A stretch of 64,000 bases of DNA from assembly GCA_024638815.1 (NCBI GenBank), contig JAHEJM010000002.1, positions 69,330 through 133,329 of the forward strand, read 5' to 3'. The translations under genes and the position numbers were made by a program. Below, one piece after another: positions 1 to 9,010 of the stretch (the stretch's first letter is position 1; each line of letters begins with the position of its first letter). Source of the stretch: Acidimicrobiales bacterium (GTDB lineage: Bacteria; Actinomycetota; Acidimicrobiia; Acidimicrobiales; SZUA-35). The notes below the pieces were generated by a model. It was not told the origin of the DNA and did no database searches. It worked only from the letters and a program-made list of their open reading frames with translations.

Positions 1-198
1 CATGTTCCCCGGTCGTCGCTGCTGGTCATGATCGACGCCTTCGTGGGGGAGCGATGGCGTTCCCTCTACCGGGAGGCCCTCGAACACAACTACCGATTCC
101 TGTCCTTCGGCGACTGCATGCTGCTGGACCGGGCCGTTCCGGGGGAGCCACCGTCGGTGCCCCCTTACGATCCGAGTGAGGACATCGGCCGTGGTTGA
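1..198 (+). CDS. 3' end of an unidentified protein gene, 5'-truncated by the window edge
   Basis: Frame 1 is open from base 1 to TGA 196-198 and has coding-like third positions (...LLVMIDAFVGERWRSLYREALEHNYRFLSFGDCMLLDR...). No family recognised. Confidence 0.35.
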   Translation, partial: HVPRSSLLVMIDAFVGERWRSLYREALEHNYRFLSFGDCMLLDRAVPGEPPSVPPYDPSEDIGRG

Positions 199-1363
199 TC
201 ACTTCGGGAGGACCGCGAAGGCCGCCCTGACAGTGGAGGTTGAGGCGACCGACGGTCGTGCCCGGGCCGGTGCCATACACACCCCCCGTGGGTCCATCCC
301 GACCCCGGTGTTCATGCCGGTCGGTACTAGGGCTGCGGTCAAGACCCTGGACACCGGCGACCTGGATCGACTGGGACCGCCGGTGGTACTGGCCAACACC
401 TATCACCTGATGGAACGGCCCGGCCCCGAAGTGATCGCTCGGCTCGGCGGTTTGCATCGGTTCATGGGCTGGGACGGCCATATTCTCACCGACTCCGGCG
501 GCTATCAGATCTTCTCCCTCGATCCCAAGGTGACCGACGATGGTGCCGTGTTCCGGTCGGTGTACGACGGCTCCTACGTCGAACTCGGTCCGGAGCGGGC
601 GGTCGCCGTGCAGCATCTGCTCGGGGCCGACATCGCCATGGTGCTCGATGTCTGCTCGGCCCTGCCGGCCGAGACCGAGACCCTTCGCCGGGCCATGGAG
701 ATGACCCTCCGCTGGGCTCGCCGCTGTCGTGACCACCACCGCAACGGTGACACCCGACAACACGCCCCCGGTCAGCTGCAGTTCGGCATCGTGCAGGGTG
801 GGGTCGACACGGATCTGCGGGCCGAATCGGCCGCCCGCACGGTGGAGATCGGGTTCGACGGCTACGCCGTCGGTGGTCTGTCGGTGGGGGAGAGTCGGCC
901 GGCCATGGTCCCCGCTCTTGCCGCCGCCACGGCCCATCTTCCCACCGACCGACCCCGCTACTTCATGGGTTTGGGTGATCCCATCGGCCTGGTCGAGGCC
1001 GTCAACAACGGGATCGACATGTTCGACTGTGTGCTGCCCACCCGCCTGGCCCGGCACGGCACTGCTCTGACCGATCACGGTCGGATCAACCTGAAGAACC
1101 TGCGATTCGCCGACGACGATCGGCCCATCGATCCTGACTTCGCCCATCCTCTCACGGAGCGCTACTCCCGGGCCTACGTTCGCCATCTGCTCGTCACCAA
1201 CGAACCGACGGCCGGTCGCATCATCACCCTGCACAATCTGGCCTGGTTGGCCCGGCTGACCGGTCGCATGCGGGACGCGGTGATGACCGGCGAATTCGCC
1301 CGACTGCGCCGTGAGATCTGGTCACGCTGGGCACCCGGGGAGCAGCCGGTCGACGGTTTCTGA
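176..1363 (+). CDS. tgt: tRNA-guanine transglycosylase (queuine tRNA-ribosyltransferase)
   Basis: The 395-aa ORF carries Tgt hallmarks: TPVFMPVGT, LANTYHL, DSGGYQ, GGLSVGE. The start could instead be GTG 191. Confidence 0.93.
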   Translation: MRTSAVVDHFGRTAKAALTVEVEATDGRARAGAIHTPRGSIPTPVFMPVGTRAAVKTLDTGDLDRLGPPVVLANTYHLMERPGPEVIARLGGLHRFMGWDGHILTDSGGYQIFSLDPKVTDDGAVFRSVYDGSYVELGPERAVAVQHLLGADIAMVLDVCSALPAETETLRRAMEMTLRWARRCRDHHRNGDTRQHAPGQLQFGIVQGGVDTDLRAESAARTVEIGFDGYAVGGLSVGESRPAMVPALAAATAHLPTDRPRYFMGLGDPIGLVEAVNNGIDMFDCVLPTRLARHGTALTDHGRINLKNLRFADDDRPIDPDFAHPLTERYSRAYVRHLLVTNEPTAGRIITLHNLAWLARLTGRMRDAVMTGEFARLRREIWSRWAPGEQPVDGF

Positions 1364-1544
1364 CCGAGAACCCGGGTTGTCCCGTACCCGGCGAACCGGC
1401 CTGTTCCGGTAGGCGGCCATGCCTCGGCCGGGAGGCTATGGTTGGAGGACGCCGAGTGTGCTTTCGAAGCTGTGAATACCTGGCTGCTGGTGTCTGATCA
1501 CCATGAACAAGCGATAGTGTTCGCAGGCTGGAGGTGATCCACCG

Positions 1545-1835
1545 ATGGATTTCATCGTTCTGATCGTATTTGGTCTCGCCATGTACCTGCTGCTGTTCCT
1601 GCCCCAGCAGCGCAAGTCCCGGGATCATAAGCGATTGCTCGCTTCCCTGACCGAAGGCGACGAGGTCGTCACCAACTCCGGAATCTACGGTTTTGTGAAC
1701 GCCGTCGACGACGATGTCGTGTGGCTCGACGTGGCCGAGGGGATCGAGCTTCGGGTGGCCAAGAGCGCAGTGGCCAGCAGGATCGACGTGGCGGCTGAAG
1801 CCGAATCCGAGTCCGATGACGATGAAGATGAATAG
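1545..1835 (+). CDS. yajC: preprotein translocase subunit YajC
   Basis: 96 aa with an N-terminal TM segment followed by QQRKSRDHKRLLASL..GDEVVT.SGIYG, typical of YajC. It lies directly upstream of secD and has an acidic tail. Confidence 0.88.
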   Translation: MDFIVLIVFGLAMYLLLFLPQQRKSRDHKRLLASLTEGDEVVTNSGIYGFVNAVDDDVVWLDVAEGIELRVAKSAVASRIDVAAEAESESDDDEDE

Positions 1836-3594
1836 GAGCGCGCTGTATTCGGCCCTGGCCGTCATCGTCGTCGCGTTGGCCGGTTTGGTCTACACCGTGG
1901 TCGCCGGGAACTCCCCGCTGCTCGGCCTCGATCTGCAGGGTGGCGTGTCGGTGGTTCTCGAGCCGACGTCGACCGAGGAGGCCGAGGTCACCGACGAGGC
2001 ACTCGATCTCACGGTCGAGCTGCTCCGGGGCCGTATCGACGAAATCGGTGTGGCCGAACCGGAGATTTCCCGCCAGGGCACCAACATCGTGGTTGCGCTA
2101 CCCGGCGTGGTCGAGGAGCAGGAGCAGGCCCTGGAGCGCCTGCAACAAACGGCCGAACTCCGGTTCCGGCCGGTCATCGCCGATCTGGGTCCGGCGCTGA
2201 GCCTGGACGATACCGGCGATCTCACCGTCACCGACGCCGACGGCAATCCCATCGATCTGTCGGAGTTGGAGGGTGGTGGTGACGGCACCGATGGCGAGAC
2301 GTCCGACCCCGACGCCGACGCCTCGACGGGTAACGGCGACGATGGCGGCGACGAACCGCTGGGCGGCGAGGAGGAGTCGCTGGCCCCGATCGGCCGGTTC
2401 AGCCCGGCCTTACCGGCCCAGTCCTCCGATGACGGCGAGTCCGACGACACCACGACCACGACGACTGACGACGACGCCACTTCCACCACCGTGGCCGATG
2501 CCGGAACCGGTGCCGATGATGCGCCGGCCCTCGATCAAAGCACGCTCTCCCCGGCCCAGCTCGCTGCGTTCCAGGCCTGCAGTATCCCCGGCGTCACTCC
2601 CGACGACGACGACGAGGCCGATGCCTACGTGGTCCTGGCCGACACCAACGGCAACCGGCTCTGTCTCGGCCCCACCCTGCTGACCGGCGAGGTGGTGGAG
2701 ACGGCGGATGTCGCCCTTGGACTGGGCGGTGCCGGTTGGGAGGTCAATCCGACCTTCCGACCCGGTGAGCAGGGCATTGATCAGTTCAACGAGGTGGCCG
2801 ACCTCTGTTTCAACGCCGACCCCGAGGTTTGCCCCACCCGCCGATTGGCCGTGGTTCTCGACCACAACGTCATCTCGGCTCCGTCCATCAATGCCCAGCG
2901 GTTCTCCCGCGATCAGATCGTCATCAGCGGCGATTTCGAGGAGGATGAGGCCCGATTGCTGGCCGAATCGCTTCGATTCGGCGCCCTACCCCTGGAGCTG
3001 GTGGCCCAGGAGATCAGAACGGTCTCGGCCACCATCGGTCGTGACGTACTGCAGTCTGGGGCGATCGCCGGGCTCATCGGCCTGGCCCTCGTCGCCTGCT
3101 ACCTCATCGCCTACTACCGGCTGGCCGGGCTGGTGGCCATCGGTGGGCTGGCGCTGTCGGCCGCTCTGTTGTGGACCATCGTGGCCTGGTTCGGCGAAAC
3201 CTACGGGCTGGCGCTGAGCTTGGCCGGTGTGGTCGGGCTCATCGTGTCGGTCGGTGTGTCGGCCGACTCCAACATCGTGTATTTCGAGAATGTCAAGGAG
3301 GCCTACATGTCGGGTCGGCGGGTGCCGACCGCCATCGAGCGGGCCTATCGGTCCGCCATCTCCACCATCATCAAGGCCGATGTGGTCAGCCTCATCGCTG
3401 CCGTCCTCCTCTACCTGCTGACGGTGGGTGCGGTTCGAGGCTTCGCCTTCTATCTCGGTTTGGCCACCATCCTCGATCTGATCATCTCGGTCATGTTCAT
3501 GCGGCCGGCTCTCGCCTGGTTGGCCCGCCGCTCGGCCGTGGAGCGAAACCCCCGCCTGCTGGGCCTGCCGAAGTTCCTGGGAGGAACCACATGA
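1828..3594 (+). CDS. secD: protein translocase subunit SecD
   Basis: N-terminal TM, LGLDLQGGVSVVLEP motif and a C-terminal 6-TM RND-like domain. It overlaps the yajC stop. ATG 1816, 1822 and 1828 are all possible starts. The 1714 ORF start lies inside yajC and was rejected. Confidence 0.9.
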   Translation: MNRSALYSALAVIVVALAGLVYTVVAGNSPLLGLDLQGGVSVVLEPTSTEEAEVTDEALDLTVELLRGRIDEIGVAEPEISRQGTNIVVALPGVVEEQEQALERLQQTAELRFRPVIADLGPALSLDDTGDLTVTDADGNPIDLSELEGGGDGTDGETSDPDADASTGNGDDGGDEPLGGEEESLAPIGRFSPALPAQSSDDGESDDTTTTTTDDDATSTTVADAGTGADDAPALDQSTLSPAQLAAFQACSIPGVTPDDDDEADAYVVLADTNGNRLCLGPTLLTGEVVETADVALGLGGAGWEVNPTFRPGEQGIDQFNEVADLCFNADPEVCPTRRLAVVLDHNVISAPSINAQRFSRDQIVISGDFEEDEARLLAESLRFGALPLELVAQEIRTVSATIGRDVLQSGAIAGLIGLALVACYLIAYYRLAGLVAIGGLALSAALLWTIVAWFGETYGLALSLAGVVGLIVSVGVSADSNIVYFENVKEAYMSGRRVPTAIERAYRSAISTIIKADVVSLIAAVLLYLLTVGAVRGFAFYLGLATILDLIISVMFMRPALAWLARRSAVERNPRLLGLPKFLGGTT

Positions 3595-4721
3595 GCGTCC
3601 TCGGCGATCTCTATGCCGGACAGTCCTCCATCGATTTCCGACCCAAGTGGCGCATCAGCCTGGTCGTGGCGGTGGTGGCCATCGTCGTGTCCCTACTGTT
3701 GCTGTTTGTGCGAGGTCTGAACCTCAGCATCGACTTCGAGGGCGGCGGTGTCTGGGAGGTGCCGGTGGCCGACGACGTCACCGTGGCCCAGGCCCGAGAC
3801 GCCGTGTCCTCGGCCGAGAACGCCAGGATTCAGGTGGTTCGGACCAGCAGTGGGAATCTGATCCAGATCCAGGCCGGCTCGGCCGCTCTCGACCGCAGCG
3901 ATGAGATCGTGGCTCAGATGGCCGAACTGGGTGATGTCACCACCGACGACGTCAACGTGTCCGAGATCGGACCGACCTGGGGTGACCGGATCACGTCACA
4001 GGCCGTCCGAGCGCTGGTCTTCTTCTTCATCGCCGTCGCCCTCTACCTGGCCTGGCGCCTCGAGTGGCGAATGGCCATTGGTGCCCTGGCCGCCGTGGTC
4101 CACGACCTGGTCATCACTGCCGGCGTGTACTCGCTGTTCGCCTTCGAGGTCAGTCCGGCCACCGTCATCGCCCTGCTCACCATCCTCGGCTATTCGCTGT
4201 ACGACACCGTCGTGGTCTACGACAAGGTGCACGAGAACCAGAACGGCATCCTGGGCGAGCGGATGGGGCCGTCGGATCTGATCAACACCTCGATGAACCA
4301 GGTGCTGATGCGGTCCATCAACACCACCATCACCACGGTGCTCCCGGTGACGTCGATGCTGTTCATCGGGGGGTTCCTGCTCGGGGGTGCCGGCATCCGC
4401 AGCTTCGCCCTGGCGCTGTTCATCGGCCTGCTGCTCGGGACCTACTCGTCGATCTTCGTGGCCGCGCCGGTGCTGGTGTGGCTGAAGCAACGACAGCCTG
4501 AGGCCCGGCGGGCAGCCGAAATCGAGGCTCGGCGGGAGAAACGGGCGGAACGTGGCCGGACTTGGGGCGACGCCGACGACGGTGTGGACGACGAGTTGGC
4601 TGAGACCGCGTCCGAATCCGGCGACGACGGCGCACCGTCGAGCCGGCTCGACGACGATCCGTCGTTGCTCACTCCGGGTGGTGGTCCGCCCCGTCCCCGG
4701 AAGAAAGGCAAGCGCCGCTGA
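3591..4721 (+). CDS. secF: protein translocase subunit SecF
   Basis: ATG 3591 overlaps the secD stop (ATGA). The product begins MSVLGDLYAGQSSIDFRPKWR, followed by SecF TM topology and a charged C-terminal tail. Confidence 0.9.
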   Translation: MSVLGDLYAGQSSIDFRPKWRISLVVAVVAIVVSLLLLFVRGLNLSIDFEGGGVWEVPVADDVTVAQARDAVSSAENARIQVVRTSSGNLIQIQAGSAALDRSDEIVAQMAELGDVTTDDVNVSEIGPTWGDRITSQAVRALVFFFIAVALYLAWRLEWRMAIGALAAVVHDLVITAGVYSLFAFEVSPATVIALLTILGYSLYDTVVVYDKVHENQNGILGERMGPSDLINTSMNQVLMRSINTTITTVLPVTSMLFIGGFLLGGAGIRSFALALFIGLLLGTYSSIFVAAPVLVWLKQRQPEARRAAEIEARREKRAERGRTWGDADDGVDDELAETASESGDDGAPSSRLDDDPSLLTPGGGPPRPRKKGKRR

Positions 4722-4902
4722 CCGTGGCCCCTGCTGGTGACCAGTTGGGGGTTTTCGTCCCGGTAGGGGACGATGAGCCGCGGAAGGTCTGGATGGGTTG
4801 GGTGTCAAGATGCCGGCTGGATACAGGCGGGGTCACACGATCGCTATAGTTGACCGATAGGAGAGGATCACAGGATCCCTTGGATCGGAGACACAGCAAC
4901 CC

Positions 4903-7137
4903 GTGGTCACCGTCGAGCGAGTACTGCCGTGGCGACGAAAGCGGCGCACCATCGAAGCTCAGATCGAGCCGCTCATCGAGCGGTTCAATGGCGATCGGAG
5001 GGACGAGCAGATCGATGTGGTCATTCGGGCCTACCAAATGGGGGCCCGGGCCCATGCCGCCCAGCGTCGCAAGTCGGGAGAGCCCTACATCGTCCACCCC
5101 CTGGCGGTGGCCAGGATCATCGCCCAACTCGGCCTCGACGAGGTCTCGATTGCCGCCGCCCTGCTTCACGATTCGGTGGAGGACACCCGGATCGAACTGG
5201 AGGACATCGACCGGGCGTTCGGCCCCGACGTAGCCGCCATCGTCGATGGCGTGACCAAGCTTGAGCGGCTTCGCTTCGACTCCAAGGAGGCCCAGCAGGC
5301 GGCCACCATTCGCAAGATGCTGGTGGCCATGTCGAAGGACCTTCGAGTCCTGATCATCAAGCTGGCCGACCGGCTGCACAACCTGCGGACCGTGGCCGCC
5401 CTGCCGGCGTGGAAACAGGAGCGAATCGCCATCGAGACCCTGCAGGTCTACGCCCCGCTGGCCCATCGGCTCGGCATGCAGGAACTCAAGATGCAGATGG
5501 AGGACCTCAGCTTCGCCGCTCTCCACCCCAAGCGGTACTCCGAGATCGAACACATGGTGGCCCTGCGGGCGCCGGAGCGGGAGACCTACCTCACCCAGGT
5601 GCTGGAGGACGTGAGTGCCAGGGTCAAGGAGTTGGGTATCGACGCCGAGGTCATGGGCCGGGAGAAGCACCTGTACTCCATCTACGAGAAGATGCAGGTG
5701 AAGGGAAAGGCCTTCGACGAGATCAACGATCTCGTCGGTATCAGGGTTGTGGTCGAGAGTGTACGCGACTGCTATGCCGCCCTCGGTTCCATTCACGCCA
5801 CGTGGAAGCCGGTTCAGGGCAGGTTCAAGGACTATGTGGCCATGCCCAAGTTCAACCTGTACCAATCGCTGCACACCACCGTGGTCGGTCCCCAGGGCAA
5901 GCCGATCGAGGTCCAGATCCGGACCCGCGACATGCACAACCGGGCCGAATCGGGGGTTGCGGCCCACTACCTGTACAAGGACAAGTCGGTTGATCTTCCC
6001 TGGTTGACCCGCATCATCGATTGGGAGAAGGAGGCGTCCGACCCAGACGAGTTCATGAAGATGCTCAAGGTCGACCTCGACCACGAGGAGATCTTCGTCT
6101 TCACCCCTCAGGGCCAGGTAACGACCCTGCCGGCAAACTCCACTTCCATCGACTTCGCCTACGCCATCCATACCGATATCGGGCACCGCTGTGTCGGGGC
6201 CAAGGTCGACGGCAAGCTGGTCTCGCTGTCCGAGCCTCTGACTTCGGGACAGACGGTCGAGATCTTCACCTCCAAGGTGGTCGGGGCCGGTCCGTCCCGG
6301 GACTGGCTGAATTTTGTGTCGTCCCACCGGGCGGCCAGCAAGATCAAGCAATGGTTCTCGCGGGAGCGGCGGGACGATGCCATCGCCAACGGCGAGACCG
6401 AGCTGCGACGGGCTCTGAAGAAGGAAGGGCTGTCCCTGGCCGACTTCGGCCAGAAGGCGGGGGAGACCGTCATCAGGGTGGCATCGGAGATGAACTACAC
6501 CGATGCCGACAACCTGTACGCCGCCATCGGCGAGCACTATGTCAGCGCCCAGTCGGTGGTGGCCCGCCTGGTCAAGCTCACGGAGGGTGAGAAGGCACCG
6601 CAGCCGCCATCGCTACCCGGTGCCCCGAAGTCCGACATGTCACCGCCCAGGCGGGAACCACCCGGTGCGGTCGGCGTTCGTATCGAAGGCCTGGACGATG
6701 TGCTGGTCCGGCTGTCCCGGTGCTGCACCCCGGTCCCGGGCGACGAGATAATGGGCTTCGTCACCCGAGGTCGCGGTGTTTCCATCCACCGCACCGACTG
6801 CGCCAACGCCGAATCGCTGGCCGGTGCCCAAGGCGATCGGCTGATCGATGCCGAGTGGGATCACACCATGGAGTCCGACTACTTTGTGGCCTCCCTGGAG
6901 CTCAAGGCCTACGACCGGTCCCATCTGCTGGCCGACGTGTCCCGATGCTTCTCCGAGCACCACGTGAACATCATCGGATCCACCACCCAGACCTCCGACG
7001 ACCGTATCGCCCGGCTGTCGTTCGAGTTCGAGATCGCCGATCCCTCCCATCTTCAGGCCCTGATGCGCAGCGTGCGCAACGTCGACGGCGTCTACGACGT
7101 CTACCGCATCGTGCCCGGCGGAGCCGGGCGTCGGTAG
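4903..7137 (+). CDS. rel: bifunctional (p)ppGpp synthetase/hydrolase (RelA/SpoT homologue)
   Basis: 744 aa containing an HD hydrolase domain (HPLAVA..LLHDSVEDT), a synthetase domain (YRSLH-like NLYQSLHTTV), TGS and a C-terminal ACT-like domain. Confidence 0.95.
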   Translation: MVTVERVLPWRRKRRTIEAQIEPLIERFNGDRRDEQIDVVIRAYQMGARAHAAQRRKSGEPYIVHPLAVARIIAQLGLDEVSIAAALLHDSVEDTRIELEDIDRAFGPDVAAIVDGVTKLERLRFDSKEAQQAATIRKMLVAMSKDLRVLIIKLADRLHNLRTVAALPAWKQERIAIETLQVYAPLAHRLGMQELKMQMEDLSFAALHPKRYSEIEHMVALRAPERETYLTQVLEDVSARVKELGIDAEVMGREKHLYSIYEKMQVKGKAFDEINDLVGIRVVVESVRDCYAALGSIHATWKPVQGRFKDYVAMPKFNLYQSLHTTVVGPQGKPIEVQIRTRDMHNRAESGVAAHYLYKDKSVDLPWLTRIIDWEKEASDPDEFMKMLKVDLDHEEIFVFTPQGQVTTLPANSTSIDFAYAIHTDIGHRCVGAKVDGKLVSLSEPLTSGQTVEIFTSKVVGAGPSRDWLNFVSSHRAASKIKQWFSRERRDDAIANGETELRRALKKEGLSLADFGQKAGETVIRVASEMNYTDADNLYAAIGEHYVSAQSVVARLVKLTEGEKAPQPPSLPGAPKSDMSPPRREPPGAVGVRIEGLDDVLVRLSRCCTPVPGDEIMGFVTRGRGVSIHRTDCANAESLAGAQGDRLIDAEWDHTMESDYFVASLELKAYDRSHLLADVSRCFSEHHVNIIGSTTQTSDDRIARLSFEFEIADPSHLQALMRSVRNVDGVYDVYRIVPGGAGRR

Positions 7138-7175
7138 TGAGTGCCGGCGGAGGTCGGAAATTGGCTTGAGCCGGG

Positions 7176-8822
7176 GTGATCAACCGGTCACACTTTGGCA
7201 TGGCCGCCACCGACACCAGCAGCGATCCGTCACCGGACAACGCCGAGCGAGATCGATGGCGACGGCAGTTCGAAACCCGCCTTCGGGACCGGCTGCGGGC
7301 GATCTTCGAGCCGGGTCGATGGCTGACCGTGGCTGAGGTCGCTCAGTCTGCGGTCGGTGCCGCCACCAGACTGGTATCGATGACAGGTCGCGATCCCCAC
7401 GACTACGTGCTCGCCTTGGCCGGTCGTCAAGGAGTGGGAACGCTGGACGACTCCATCCGGGTGTTTTCGTTGGACGTTCCCGAAGGTGGGAACATACTGG
7501 AGGGCATACGCCTGGCCCACGCCGCACTGGAGGAGTTGCCGGTCCACATCCAGGCCGAGGTCGACGCCTGGGATCCCGATCATCAGGCCCGGGTCATCCA
7601 GCCCTTCACCTCGTCGGGCCACCACATCGCCGGTCGCCCTGTTTTCGCGGGTCGCCGGCCGGAATGGGAGGCGCTGGAGGACAAGCTGGCCATTCTCGAC
7701 GTGTGGGATGCCGCCGGGGTGACGCAGGCCCCGAGTCGGGTGGTCGAGCTGGCCGACGGGGACGCAGTCGCCGCCGCCCACGGCGAGTTGGCCGGGCCCA
7801 TGGGTACGGTGTGGGCGGTTGACAACGACGCTGGCTGGCACGGGGGCATCACCGGTACCCACTGGGTGCCGACCGAGTCGAGGGTGACCGGGCTGCGGCA
7901 GGACCTGGCATCGAGGCACCGGCGAGCCCGGATCATGCCCTTCCTGGACGGCGTGCCGTGCTCCATCCACGGCATGGTCGTGGGGGGCGAGGTCATCTCG
8001 TTTCGGCCCGGTGAGATGCTGGTGTACAGGGAGCCGTCGGTGCCGAAGCTGATCTACGGTCGGTCGGCCAACTTCTGGGAGCCACCCGACGAACTCACGG
8101 CGGCCATGACGGCGGCGGCCGAGGCCGTGGGCCGGGACCTCCAGCAGCGGGTCGACTTCCGAGGGGTGTTCACCCTCGATGGTGTGGCCGGCAGCTCGAT
8201 CGGTGGATGTGAAGGCTTTGTGCCCACCGAGGTCAACATGCGCTACGGGGCCGCACTACCCACGGTGCTTCCCACCGTCGACGGGACGGGGATCTCGCTC
8301 TACTTCACCAATCTGGCCGAGGTTGCCGGCGAGCTCCGCGGCCAGGAGTACGACATCGGTCCGGGCGATCTCCAGCGCTGGGTTCGGGATCGGCTGAGCG
8401 AACGGGGCGAGAGTCGGATCATGATGTTTGTGGCCAACGGGCCCGACCACGACCAGTTGACGGCCTCGGTGTGGGCTGTCGAACCCCTCGACCCGGAGCT
8501 TGGTGTGACCGCCGAGGTCGAGCTCAGGGTGGCATCGGCGGCCGAGGACGTCGAGGTGACGCCGGCGGCGGGCGGCCATCTCCCGGTGGCCACCGCCCAG
8601 TGGGGGCCGGCCGGGGAACGAGGGATCATCTTCGTCGAGCTCGATGCCGACACCGTGCCCACCGGTCCCATCGTCGCCCCCCAAGCCCTGTGCATCCTTC
8701 GATCCCTCGACAATCACTGGAATCTCGGTCTGCCCAAGCTCGAGGCCTGCACATCATCGGGGGTCGCATGGACCGCCCCGTCGGGACCCAAGGGCTGGCC
8801 GAATCGCACCGAAGGTGCTTGA
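7176..8822 (+). CDS. hypothetical protein, possibly ATP-grasp fold
   Basis: A 548-codon ORF with coding-like GC3 and no named family recognised. Its central region shows ATP-grasp-like elements in the canonical order (see finding). The start is uncertain (GTG 7176 or ATG 7200). Confidence 0.6.
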   Translation: MINRSHFGMAATDTSSDPSPDNAERDRWRRQFETRLRDRLRAIFEPGRWLTVAEVAQSAVGAATRLVSMTGRDPHDYVLALAGRQGVGTLDDSIRVFSLDVPEGGNILEGIRLAHAALEELPVHIQAEVDAWDPDHQARVIQPFTSSGHHIAGRPVFAGRRPEWEALEDKLAILDVWDAAGVTQAPSRVVELADGDAVAAAHGELAGPMGTVWAVDNDAGWHGGITGTHWVPTESRVTGLRQDLASRHRRARIMPFLDGVPCSIHGMVVGGEVISFRPGEMLVYREPSVPKLIYGRSANFWEPPDELTAAMTAAAEAVGRDLQQRVDFRGVFTLDGVAGSSIGGCEGFVPTEVNMRYGAALPTVLPTVDGTGISLYFTNLAEVAGELRGQEYDIGPGDLQRWVRDRLSERGESRIMMFVANGPDHDQLTASVWAVEPLDPELGVTAEVELRVASAAEDVEVTPAAGGHLPVATAQWGPAGERGIIFVELDADTVPTGPIVAPQALCILRSLDNHWNLGLPKLEACTSSGVAWTAPSGPKGWPNRTEGA

Positions 8823-9010
8823 TTGGGCGGATCGGTACGAGTGCCGACGAAGTCGGCGGAGCCTCCCGCCGGTGTTCGGGGCGGAGCGGCTCACGACAAC
8901 TCTCCGAGTTACTTCGAGTTTGGCCTTCGGCCAAACGTCGCCGAGACTTGATTCAATCGTGAACATCCAAGCCATCAAGCGAAACTAGGGCCGGTACGCT
9001 CACAGACGCC

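Noticed and set aside
26-1234. 402-aa ORF on the minus strand opposite tgt.
   Set aside because: It lies antisense to a clearly recognisable gene. Its composition is Arg/Gly/Pro-rich, typical of shadow frames in GC3-biased DNA, and it has no recognisable motifs.
3171-3590. Long 5' extensions of track ORFs: secF from 3171, secD from 1714, pyrC from 27926, carA from 29173, aroE from 19643, the DUF4388 gene from 20592, pyrF from 35224, ruvX from 17897 and DUF1015 to 47772.
   Set aside because: The extensions lie inside the preceding gene in another frame and translate to Arg/Pro-rich sequence. Conserved N-termini with ATGA/GTGA coupling or SD sequences identify the downstream starts.
4845-4850. 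TATAGT, a -10-like hexamer about 50 nt upstream of the rel start. TTGACT at 26864 and TTGACG at 53029 were considered as possible -35 boxes.
   Set aside because: These are single hexamers without a properly spaced partner element, so they cannot be supported as promoters from sequence alone.
4669-6537. 622-aa minus-strand ORF opposite rel. Similar long antisense ORFs occur at 15433-17106 (opposite alaS), 21953-22984 and 23068-24330 (opposite aroB/pepP), 32999-34522 (opposite carB) and 38923-39852 (opposite metK).
   Set aside because: All lie fully antisense to genes with unambiguous family motifs. Stop-codon depletion on the complementary strand of high-GC3 genes explains their length.
8823-9010. 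I looked for T-box or other leader elements upstream of the aminoacyl-tRNA synthetase genes: hisS here, alaS at 15305-15417, pheS at 61234-61304.
   Set aside because: I could not recognise a T-box core (AGGGUGGNACCGCG-like) or a specifier/antiterminator architecture. Only short generic hairpins are present, for example TTTGGCC-ttc-GGCCAAA near 8920.
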